From: Lytechinus pictus
Lineage: Eukaryota
Assembly (NCBI RefSeq): GCF_037042905.1
Contig: NC_087257.1
Span: 13,764,001 to 13,828,000 of the forward strand
Reading direction: 5' to 3'
Length of the DNA: 64,000 nucleotides
Below are positions 27,001 through 36,940 of the stretch, in pieces; position 1 is the first letter of the stretch, and each line of letters begins with the position of its first letter. The position numbers and the translations under genes are program-made. A model generated the notes under the pieces. That model searched no databases. It was not told the origin of the DNA and saw nothing but the letters and a program-made list of their open reading frames with translations.

Positions 27001-30000
27001 TGTGACGAAAGGATATTTGGAAAAAGAAGCATGGGGCCAAGATGAAGACTATATATATATATATATATATTTATATCCCTCTTATGAATATTCATGAGCA
27101 TTCTAGATAAACGATTGGTCAATACGCGATCATGTGACAAAGTATAATTCAACAGAAAAGCATATCGCTGCAAGTTTTCTTCTAGCTCCGTATATTTTTC
27201 GATATACTTTCATGGGGAGAACTGCGCATGCTCATGCTCGATATGTTCCCTAAAAGTTGAACCGCGCATGCTCCCTGACCCGATATCCGCAAAAATAAAT
27301 AAAATAAAATTAGATACAAGTTCTTGCTCAAATTACTTACCGACAATCTGAAAAAACAGTGTGGAATCGGGTCTAGATCATCATGTAGACAATTTAATTC
27401 CATGACGGCCCTCCATACAGGATTATTCAAATAATACCGAACAAGGTGAGTCAGGATCTGACTGAATTAGCCTGCGCGTTTACAATTTGATGGCAACTGC
27501 AGCGGCGCAGCGCAGCGGACCTCTCATTAACTGCAGTCGGCATGGTCGGGTAGAAGCCGCGCGCAGCCTACCTATAGGAACTGGTTAGCATTAGCTCGAC
27601 AGGCCTTTATTGTAGGACTAGGTCTAGGGATATAAAACAAATATATCAGGCTTTTCCTCCGAAAGCATAGTGGGAATTATTAATCCTCGGTTGGACTGGC
27701 AATAATAACTATTTTTCCTCGGGGCTTCGCCCCTCGGAGAAAATAGTTATTGCCAGTCCAACCTCGGATAAATAATTCCCACTATACTTTCTCAAAGCCT
27801 GATATATTTGTATAATAAATATACAGCTCCATGCCCAATGCTTTATTATTATTATTTTTTTTAACTATTTTTTTTTAAATTTACCCTTACCATATCCACA
27901 ACATGGCTTCTTGTTTTCTCCATTTACAGTACAATACTGAACAGCGCCCTCTCTGTTCTACTTTCTAACTGGGGTGTCCCGTCATTCAACCTGGCGTTCA
28001 ACGTCGTCGCTGTCTCTTTCATAGCAGCCACCGGTCCTCTAAATCCCCACTTTCCCCAGCATGGTGGGGGTCCCAACCCGATCCCTTGGGGAGAGGAAGC
28101 ACTGGACTGGCTCCAGGTTAGTATAAGTTATGGCTTCTGTGTAACACTTCGGGAACTGAAAAAAATACAAATAATTTAAATTGATTGCTCGTGGGAGTAG
28201 AAATGTGTGTGTGTGGGTGGATGTAAGGAAGGTGTGTACGTTTGAGTTTGCTTGGGTAGGCTTACAGGAAAAAGGTGATTTCTGTGGGTAGGAAAAAAAA
28301 TGTGTTACGGGGTGTGAGGGTAGGGAGTGGGTGTGTGTGTGCGAATGAGTGATTAGTTAGTGTGCGTGTGCGTTTTGGGTATTATCCAATTGTGATTTCA
28401 CATTGATGAAATGCGTATGAGGGTGTGTGTGTAAGAGAGAGATTGCGTGTGTGTGTGTGGGTGGGTGGAGTGCAAGAACCAAATCATGCATTAAAACCCC
28501 AATCCCTCTACTCAAAAATTTTCCTGAAGTGATTTCATCTTGGTTTTTACGAATGTGGTCATGCGTATTGCGTGTGAGATGGTGATTAAAGAGTGTATGC
28601 TGTGGGTTTTGGTTGAATTGCACAAACCAAAGATTTTTCCGATTTTATTTCACTTTTATTTGTTGTATATGAGGTGTGTGAACAGAGAGTTTGGGATACA
28701 TTGCATGAACCAAATTATATATTAAATCCCCGTTCCCCTATGAAATATTATACATGTAATAAATGTAACTTAATTTTGATTTTTGAACAAGGCATTTGAG
28801 GGGGTATGTGTGTGTATGTGGGGGGGGGGGCGGGTGAATAAATTAGTGTGATGGATTGACAGTGTGTTTGGTGGGTGTTTGGTTTATTGCACAAACCAAA
28901 TGATACATTCAAACCCTCAATTCTTCTATTGAAATATTATTACGATGTGATTTAACATTGATTATTGATGATGAAGGGTGTGTGTGTGTGTGAGTGTGTG
29001 AGGGATGTTGCATTGGTGTGGGAATGGTTAGCGTGCGTGGTTGGTTTTTGATGGATAGCAAAAACCAAACATTTCATTAAAATCAATGTTTTGTGTTGAA
29101 ATATTATAACGATGCGATTTCACTTTAATTACGATAAATGTATATGAGGGTGTGTGTATGAGGATGTGCGTGTTTGTGGGATAGTGATTGTGCGAGGTGG
29201 TTTCAGGATAGATTGCACAAAGTAAATCATACTCACATTATAGCTCAATTCCCTCTGCTGAAAGATTATCCAGTTGTGATTTCAGTTTGATTATCGATGA
29301 AAATTGCTTATTTTAAGTAACGTACCCGAGGGAAATCAGTAATACCGGTACGGTATCAGCACGATCTTTAATCTAGTCTTTTGCAGCTAGCTGTCATAGC
29401 CGTTTTTAGGTAGGAAGAGGAAAGGGCGGGTTGGGTAATGAAATGCATGGGGCATAATATATTGTTTTAAATTTTGCATTGGAATGCAAATTATGAAATA
29501 ATGCAATTACTTCAGAGAATGCAAGCATTATTCATCGTGTTTTAAAACTTGTCAATTTCTTTGATTCTCTCCTTTCTCCCCACAACCATACCATTTTGTT
29601 CTCTCCTCCCCCTCTCTCCACTTCTCTGCTCCTTCTTCATATTAAGTTCTTTTCTCACCCCTTCCCCCATTTCCCTCCCTTTCTTTTCTCTCTCTCTCTC
29701 CATCTCATCACTCTTCCCATTTTATTGCACAGGTACTAGCAAGCATTCCACGAGGTATAGCCCAATGCTATGGCAGTGACAGCCTCATTACGGGTTGTTT
29801 GATGAGTATTGGTATGCTTATCTGCTCTCCTATTGTTTTCAGTCATTGCCTGCTAGGTTCTACGCTCGGAGCTCTGACAGGTAACTATTCGTTAAACATC
29901 TTGTACTCAGGGGCGGCGACAAAGTTAAGAGCGGGTGGGGGGGGGGGGGACTGCCCCCTCTGATCGTCAAGTGGTGAAAAACAAAAGAAAATATGTTTTA

Positions 30001-30495
30001 AAAGAAGAAGGAAAGTGAAAAAGAAAGAAACACCGCAAAAGTGTTTATAGGACAGATCTGGGCCGTGTAGCTCTCAATTTAAAAAAGTTTGATTTCACAA
30101 TAAAACAAATCCTGGTGCCGCCCCGAGTGTATATTACTACAAATTAGTTTCACATGCATTTCTTAAGAAAAGGCACAAGTGCTCCATTAATATCTAACAT
30201 GTCTAATGTCAGACTTGTATTTATACGTTTCCTGAACTTTATTACCACATTCGTAAACGATCATATCACTGACATCATCGTGCATGTCATGATCATGTTA
30301 AATTTTGAAGAAAAAAAATGGTATCATAAAAAAAAAAAATCCAACTTGAATTGTTTTTTTTTTAGAGTGAGATTTCAGTCTAATGAAGAGGGGGGGGGGG
30401 GGGAGAACATTCCACATGTTGGTTGAGAAAAACCCCAAATATATAATAAAAGAAACACCCGTAAAGAGATTCATCTAATTGGTAGAACTCAAATA

Positions 30496-30541
<46 letters not shown>

Positions 30542-33500
30542 GTGTGAAGTTATACATGTACAACAGCTTTGGCAACTCTTTTATTTAAATATGTTGTGAA
30601 AGAAATGTCATTGTTCAAAACCTACCTTCACCCGACAAAGGAAATTATAATTGGTATAGTGTCGAAAATCTGTCTATCTGACGGTCAATCGGATCGGGGT
30701 CGCCCTAGCCACTAACCCGTCTCTTTGGTCTAGTGGTTAAGGCACCGGCGTTCAAAGCTGGGGGCCTGGGTTCGATTCCAGGCAGAGACATTTTGTCGGC
30801 ATCACCAATTTTTCCAAAGGGTAGATAGCTCTGGGGAACCNNNNNNNNNNNNNNNNNNNNNNNNNNNNNNNNNNNNNNNNNNNNNNNNNNNNNNNNNNNN
30901 NNNNNNNNNNNNNNNNNNNNNNNNNNNNNNNNNNNNNNNNNNNNNNNNNNNNNNNNNNNNNNNNNNNNNNTTTTGATAAATACATGTACGTGTTTGCAGC
31001 CTAAGTGAGTTCAATTCAATGAGTACAAGTCTACTTCAGTTGACAGGTTATAGTAGTGAGAAAGACAAAGTGGATCCCTCAGCTTTTCACTGAGATACCA
31101 TCAACACTACTGCCACACCAAAGTAACCGCCTCTAAACCTACCAGTGATTTTCCATTCGAAACAACGTAATAGCTTTAATCGGACTCGAGTAAGTTTCGT
31201 TGGTATGACTAGAGCATAGTTTGCTGTTCCACTTATCAACACAATGTTACCATGGTTACTGATTAACATGAAGTGGTGCATTTTGAGATTCATTGTGAAT
31301 TTCCTCATTTTCCTCAAAAGTGTTTCGTCGAGTATCTGCCTTTTCAGATTTCCTCGATGATAATCTCTCAAAATATTAACCATCAAGTACTAGATAAAAG
31401 TACGCGTATAAATAAATTAGTTGACATGTGGATAGATCGATGAGAAAAAAGAAGAAATAGATTTGAAAATGTAGACAAATTCATAAATATGGAGATGAAG
31501 AGAGAAAAGGTGAGGAAGAGGGGGGGGGGGGGAGGGGGGAGAGAGAGAAAGGGGGGGGGGGGGGAGTGTGTGTGAAAAGCAAATACAGTTACAAGAAATG
31601 CAAAGTTTTTGAATGGCTATATGCCACCTTTACTGTCCTTATAAAAAAGGTAATACTTTGTCTTCTAGTTTAGGTGAAGTTAAGATTTCACCAAATTGGA
31701 CTATTTCTCGAAATACAAATTATGTCCAAGGGTTTTTAATTCACAAAACCTGGTCCCCCTAAAAAATTGGTTTGTCCGTATGAATTCATAATGTCTTCCT
31801 AACATACCAGCTTGTCCAACGACAACATGTGAGGTGAACTCATTATGAGCAGAGTATGACCCCATTTCCTCCCAAAGTCGAATACCAAATGACAGGATTC
31901 GATTGCATACTCCAAGTTAACACAATGTTACCTATGGCAACAACATGTAGTCAAACATGTAGAAGAAATTGAGAAAAGGCTCTCCCTACCAATTTCCAAC
32001 GATTTATTTCCCCAAGTCTTCTTTTTTACAATCAAGTATTCGTGGCGTGCCATACATATCCTGGCTAATCCAATTTCACGCATTAGATACCGATTCGAAT
32101 GCATGCCTAGGTTTTAATATTCTATTCCTTCAGGCCTTTCTGTATATTTCGAGGCAATATCAGAAGGTGGGAATAAAAAGGAGGATAAAACGAAAGTCAT
32201 TTTTACATATAATTTAATGCAAGAGTTATTATTGTCCGTGAATGATTACATGTAAAACGAAAATCACGGAAGTGTACAGAACTTAGAAATGTAATATGTG
32301 AGATGAAGGGGTCATCGATATGACGTCTACAACAGCTTTGGCATGTATCTCTGGTTTGGGTGACTGAAGAGCATTTCACAAAGAATTTTTTCGGTGATTT
32401 TCACTCATTGCCCTCGGCAAATCGGATGCAAGGATCTCCACCTGTCAGTCAAGATCCCTGACAAAAAAATGTCCATTAAACAAACTAATCATACATGTAC
32501 ATTAAATAAAAAAATGTTAATGGAATTTGTTTCCTGTTTGATAAAAGGGATTAGTTTTTTTGTCTCGCCTGCATAGCAGAGCGAGACTATAGGCGCCGCT
32601 TTTCCGACGGCGGGGGCGGCGGCGTCGTCAACATTGAAATCTTAACCAAGGTTAAGTTTTTGAAATGTCATCTTAACTTAACAAGTGGAACGCCTCTGGC
32701 AGTCTCGCCTGCATTACGCGATTTAATATAGCAGCAGTGCTAACTTTGAAAACTACTATTAAATAATCATTCACAAAAACACCATTCATATAATGACATA
32801 ATACCACGTTCATTGACCATAAATGACATTTGAACGGTGACTTAAGACTTGTCAACTACACCCATGTCCACATTTCATTCACTCTATCCATAAACTTTCA
32901 AAGTTATGATGGCAATTCAACAATTACCCCAACATGGCCTAAGTTTATTGACCTTAACTGACCTTTGACCTTGGTTTTGTGACCTGAAACTCACAGGGGA
33001 TGTTCAGTGATACTTGATTACTCTTATATCCCAAGTTGTATGAACTAGATCCATAAACTGTCAGAGTTAGGATGGTAATTCAACAAATACCCCTAACACG
33101 GCCAAAGTTCATTGACCTTTAATGACCTTTGACCATGGTCATGTGACCTGAAACTCGTACAGGATGCTCAGTGATACTTGATTACTCTTATGTCCAAGTT
33201 TTATGAACTAGATCCATAAACTTTCAGAGTTAGGATGGTAATTTAACAAATATCCCGAACACGGCCAAAGTTCATTGACCTTAAATGACCATTGACCATG
33301 GTCATGTGACCTGAAACTCGCACAGGATATTCAGTGGTACTTGATTAACCTAATGTCCAAGTTTCATGAACTAGATCCATAAATTTTCAAAGTTATGATG
33401 GTAATTCAACAAATACCCCCAACTTGGCCAAAGTTCATTGACCCTAAATGACATTTGACCTTGGTCACGTGACCTGAAACTCAGGCAGGATGTTCACTAA

Positions 33501-36500
33501 TACTTGATTAACCTTATGCCCAAGTTTCATGAACTAGGTCCATATACTTTCTAAGTTATGATGTCATTTCAAAAACTTAACCTTCGGTTAAGATTTTGAA
33601 AATAATTCTCCCAACATGGTCTAAGTTCATTGACCCTAAATGACCTTTGACCTTGGTCATGTGACCTGAAACTCAGGCAGGATATTCAGTAATACTTGAT
33701 TAAGCTTATGTCCAAGTTTCATGAACTAGGTCTATATACTTTCTAAGTTATGATGTAATTTCAAAAACTTAACCTTAGGTTAAGATTTGATGTTGACGCC
33801 GCCGCCGCCGCCGCCGCCGTCGCCGTCGGAAAAGCGGCGCCTATAGTCTCGCTCTGCTATGCAGGCGAGACAAAAAGTAAATGGACCTAGTTCATGTAAT
33901 GAAACTTTTAGACATAAGAATAGTAATGTATCACTGTAGATCCTGCCTAAGATTCAGATCACATCAACAAGGTCAAAGGTCACTTAGGGTCAACGAACTT
34001 TGACCATGTTTGGGGTATTTGTGAAATTGTCATCATAACTTTAAAGTTTATGTATCTAGTTCGTGAAAGTTTGACGTAAGAGTAACCATGTATCCCTGAA
34101 TATCTTGTGTGTGTTTCAGGTCACATGATCAAGATCAAAGGTCATTTAAGATCAATGAACTTTGGCTGTGTTGTGGGTATTTGTTGAATTGGCATCATGA
34201 CTTTAAGTTTATGGATCTACTCATGTAGTTCATGAAACAAAGACATAAGGGTTATCAAGTATTTTTTTTACACGTCTTAAGTCACATGGTTATGGTCAAA
34301 GGTCATGTTGGGTCAATGGACATAGTATTTTAGTATCATATCAGTGTTTTCTTTTGTGAATAATTATTCAATAGCTGCTTTCAATGTCAGCACTGTTGCT
34401 ACATTGAATCGCGTAATGCAGGCGAGACTGCCAGAGGCGTTCCACTTGTTTTTATTACAATGAGAGTCTGTAAATCTGTAATTGTTTGTTTTTAAAGGGA
34501 AAATGTACTACGAACTTACAAAATATATTTTTTAGGAATGCCAGAAGTCAGGGTCTAAAAGCAGGTCGTTAGAATACGCTAATGAGCCTATACTATTCGA
34601 AAGTTTTCACAGCTGTAGACCACCACAAAAGGTTAATGATAATGATTAACTATTGTTAGCCTACAGTTTGACATCTGCTGATATGTACAGTAAAGCAAAT
34701 ATAGATATACATGTATTTAACTGATTGCCTTAAAGAGAATTGAAAAGGGTAGCCGAAACTCCTACACACCGGCACTATATTATTGCCCCCCGCGGACTGA
34801 TATAGACCCTGCATATGAATTTGAAATGGCTGTGCTGGATGCAATTTGATAAACCACGGATTAAAATACATGGTGAGAGCCTCACGAAAGCAAATCGTAT
34901 CAGCTTGCTTCAGTGACAAATCCCGCACTTACTGCACTTTCGACAATGAAATTTGATTAAGTAGAAGCACGGATGATGATCCGTAGAAACCTCATTAGAT
35001 TACAAAAATTATCCATAGTTCATTCTTCTTATTTTACCCTTCTTTCACCTTCAAGGTCAAACCGAAAGGTATGGTATATTTGAATGAATCACAATCGATT
35101 GGTCAGAGGGCCAGAAGGGATAAATTGGTTTTGACGCGCCCGCCTTGAAGGTTTAAGACGAACCGAAAACAAGATTAGAGAGCTGTTTGAAGAGTAACGG
35201 AGACGACATTAACACCAATTCCGGGATGGAATCCGCCCAACAAAATGGCGGCTTTCTTGATGGTTATAGGATAGAGACCACCCGAGGGATTATAGTTCCC
35301 CAAAATACAGTATTTCTTTATGAGTATTGGCATTGTTGTGTGACTATTTGCGCACTGTTTATTCAACTCGGAATCCAATAAGAATAAGATGTGCTATATG
35401 GAGAAAAGTGGAAAGTGGAAAAGGAAAACAGAGAATGGGTGTGCAAGTATCTGTGTTTGTGTGTGAGAGATAAAGAGAGAAAAGGAGAGAACATGCATGA
35501 GTTTGGTGGATGTGTGAAAAGAAGGGTGCATAAATATGAGAGAGACACAGAGGGACAGAAAGAGAGAGGGAGAAGAGAGAGAGATAAAAGGGTGGACAAA
35601 GAGGGTTTGCACTGGATTTGAATACTAAAAAAACAAAACGAAAAAGAAAATAGAACAAGATAACGATGGTTATTTTTTTTTCTAATATGAAAAACACAAC
35701 CCAATATTATTTTCTTTTTTATTTTGAAATATATTTCATTTGTTTTATCATATAAACTTATTCCTAGGTCTTGCTCTTGCAGCACCTCCAGCAGAAATCT
35801 ACAACGGTAGCTGGGGATACAATTCGGCTCTCACTTGTGGGGCCGTAGGGGGCGTCTTCTATGTATTGAATTGGTCGTCACATCTAATGGCACTTATTTC
35901 TGGTAAGTGAAAATTGGTGATATTATTGATAGGAGAATACCAATCAACCAAAGAAATAGAAGGAGATACAGACGAACAAAAACATTCAAAACAGCAAATT
36001 AAATTGGGGATTCGTATTTGTCATTTTTTTTTCAACTCACTCCGTATAAGAAAATGTATTATGCAAGTTATAATTTGGTAGGGTAGTTTACGTAAGTGTG
36101 TTCACGAATTCCGTCTTCGAAACTTATGTTTACAAGATAAACTGCATATGAACTGAACCAAAAAAAAATAGGTTAGGACATTGAATAAAATAGTGCTATT
36201 AGTGACGTATCCAGGTAGGGGCATATCCGGTCAGTGCCCCCCCCCTTTTTTGAGAGACACAAAATACATAGTTTTAGAGGAATACGTCTTGCATGCGCAA
36301 GTGAGGACCTTTTGTTTTGTTTGTCATATTTTTCCTTGAACAAAATACCTCGGTTTTGTGAAGAAAATCCTTTTCTTTTTGCTTGTCAAATTTTTCCTGT
36401 AAAATATGCCCCCCCCCCCTCTGTAGGAAAAAGATAAAAGATATAATTCACGTAAAATCAATGTTAACTTTTAAACCGTTAAGGCTAGAATCCGACATTT

Positions 36501-36794
36501 ATTAGTTTTTCCTTTAGTGACTATAAGTCTTCTTTCTGTTTTCTTTTTTAAACAGCTATTTTCGCTGCGTTGGTGAGAGGGGCGATGGCCCGATTTTTCG
36601 CCGCGGCCCAAGTACCCGTGGTAGCATTTCCATTCTGCATTGTAGCTGCTCTCTTCCTATTGGTGGACAGTAACAGCAAACAGCTTCTGCGCGTGCCCGG
36701 TGACCGCATGACCTACCCGGAAGAACATCGTAAACTTTTTAAGTCGACCACGGTTGGAGTCACAAACGTCCAACCCGACCAAGACCCGACGTAA
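11512..36794 (+). CDS. SLC14A: Urea transporter (SLC14/UT family), 5 coding exons, 406 aa: join(11512..12023,27930..28116,29733..29880,35768..35902,36556..36794)
   Basis: All introns are GT..AG with compatible phases (2,0,1,1); the spliced length is 1221 nt = 406 aa + TAA. UT hallmarks: GQPLFVNNPFSG, G.FSFNGLLVG, NWGVPSFNLAFN, GIAQCYGSD, IYNGSWGYNSAL, VPVVAFPFC, MTYPEEH. Confidence 0.95.
12532..12843. mobile_element. CACTG-terminus MITE; an inverted end of the same family occupies 1-66
   Basis: CACTGTTAGAAAA...TTTTCTAACAG; 12532-12602 resembles the reverse complement of 1-67. Confidence 0.65.
12960..13292 (+). mobile_element. Probable LINE 3' tail
   Basis: Hairpin GGCCTCCATC..GATGGAGGTC, AT-rich UTR, ending AATAAATAAATCAAATCAATCAAA. 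Confidence 0.45.
14703..14846. mobile_element. Short palindromic MITE
   Basis: CCCGTTGCATGAAAGTTAC ... GTTACTTTCATGCAAAGGG imperfect TIRs. Confidence 0.55.
17866..17996 (+). mobile_element. 5'-truncated copy of the same (TA)n-associated element
   Basis: CCAAAGGGTAGATAGCTCTGGGGAACC...GTTGCCAAAGCTGTTGTACATGTATAACTTCACAC with (TA)n on both sides. Confidence 0.7.
20179..21646. mobile_element. hAT-type non-autonomous element (1468 bp) containing a hairpin-repeat array
   Basis: TIR CATGGGTGTCGATC / GATCGACACCCATG; perfect 8-bp TSD CTTGTGGA (20171-20178, 21647-21654); an internal CAGTGGCGTACC at ~20317 suggests a nested element. Confidence 0.9.
22142..22929. mobile_element. PIF/Harbinger-type MITE
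   Basis: TIR GGCTGCGTTTAT / ATAAACGCACCC; 3-bp TSD TTA; subterminal AATCATGATT palindromic repeats at both ends. Confidence 0.8.
22941..23366. mobile_element. Degenerate Harbinger-like MITE
   Basis: AAGGCGACCGCAC..CACCTTGCGA at left; GTAAGGTGTGTGATGGCCTTT at right. Confidence 0.5.
24669..25100 (-). mobile_element. LINE (CR1/L2-type) 3' fragment
   Basis: The minus strand reads KCKINRFRNSPITCFVHLL (ORF2 C-terminus-like), followed by a 3' UTR ending AATAAA-(TTGAA)n. Confidence 0.6.
27631..27817. mobile_element. Fold-back element (~185 bp) with a central GCTTCGC hairpin
   Basis: Arms ACAAATATATCAGGCTTT..TAGTGGGAATTAT..GGTTGGACTGGCAATAA..CTATTTT mirrored about GGGGC-TTC-GCCCC (27721-27733). Confidence 0.8.
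27930..28116 (+). CDS. SLC14A: Urea transporter coding exon 2
   Basis: Acceptor ttgttttctccatttacag; (S)TILNSALSVLLSNWGVPSFNLAFNVVAVSFIAATGPLNPHFP...LDWLQ; donor CAG|GTTAGT. Confidence 0.93.
29733..29880 (+). CDS. SLC14A: Urea transporter coding exon 3
   Basis: Long pyrimidine tract then cacag; VLASIPRGIAQCYGSDSLITGCLMSIGMLICSPIVFSHCLLGSTLGALT; donor CAG|GTAACT. Confidence 0.93.
30541..30840 (+). mobile_element. (TA)n-associated element carrying the TCA tRNA-like gene; runs into the assembly gap
   Basis: Starts right after a (TA)n tract. 30815-30840 matches 17866-17892 directly, and 30541-30607 matches 17929-17996 as an inverted repeat. Confidence 0.7.
30719..30790 (+). tRNA. tRNA-like gene, anticodon TCA (opal/UGA-reading), short variable arm; TE-borne, possibly a pseudo-tRNA
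   Basis: 72-nt cloverleaf: acceptor GTCTCTT/CAGAGAC, D stem GTCT/AGGC, anticodon stem CCGGC/GCTGG with loop GT-TCA-AA, T arm CTGGG-TTCGATT-CCAGG. A box TGGTCTAGTGG, B box GGTTCGATTCC, TTTT directly after discriminator A. Two stem mismatches and atypical G32. Confidence 0.6.
30841..30970. other. Assembly gap (130 N)
   Basis: Run of N. Confidence 1.
32560..34450 (+). mobile_element. Helentron-associated (HINE/DINE-1-like) non-autonomous element, host copy
   Basis: 5' TTTT-GTCTCGCCTGC with a nearby partial inverted repeat, a (GGC)n tract, internal tandem repeats, and 3' GCAGGCGAGAC followed by a short stem-loop and TT; no TSD. Confidence 0.75.
32681..33873 (-). mobile_element. Second complete copy of the same HINE family, inserted inverted in the host copy; ~163-bp internal tandem repeats
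   Basis: Its ends are reverse complements of the host ends (32681-32722 vs 34408-34449; 33770-33873 vs 32560-32665). GACCTGAAACTC recurs at 32981, 33145, 33308, 33471 and 33663. Confidence 0.8.
35768..35902 (+). CDS. SLC14A: Urea transporter coding exon 4
   Basis: Acceptor ttcctag; (G)LALAAPPAEIYNGSWGYNSALTCGAVGGVFYVLNWSSHLMALIS; donor G|GTAAGT. Confidence 0.93.
36556..36794 (+). CDS. SLC14A: Urea transporter coding exon 5 (terminal)
   Basis: Acceptor ttctttttaaacag; (A)IFAALVRGAMARFFAAAQVPVVAFPFCIVAALFLLV...MTYPEEHRK...DPT*. Confidence 0.93.
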
Positions 36795-36877
36795 CTTCAA
36801 AAGCAAAGATGAATACTTCTGAACACTATACGATTTACCTCGAATGGCAAGTTTTATATGCAACAGCGAGTATCGTG

Positions 36878-36940
36878 AATAAATAATGGCTTATGAAAGC
36901 ATATTTTTGAGCCGTTATGTCTAGTTTGGTTCTCAATAAA
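36878..36940 (+). terminator. Candidate polyadenylation signals of the UT gene (AATAAA at 36878 and 36935)
   Basis: Two AATAAA hexamers 84 and 141 nt after the stop codon; the second is followed by GT-rich sequence. Confidence 0.45.

Noticed and set aside
30625-30670. Possible hammerhead ribozyme core in the (TA)n element (..CCGACAAAG...GTCGAAA..)
   Set aside because: The required CUGANGA box is absent and the stems are not convincing.
30719-30790. Canonical selenocysteine tRNA
   Set aside because: Lacks the long variable arm and 9/4 acceptor-T fold, and sits in a repeat; kept only as a TCA tRNA-like gene.
32560-33873. A 1.3-kb DNA transposon with ~100-bp TIRs
   Set aside because: The apparent TIRs are the 5' ends of two nested, oppositely oriented HINE copies; there is no TSD.
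35175-35381. Short ORFs in UT intron 3 as a possible extra exon
   Set aside because: Exons 3 and 4 join in frame into a continuous UT sequence; these ORFs show no UT similarity or clear splice signals.
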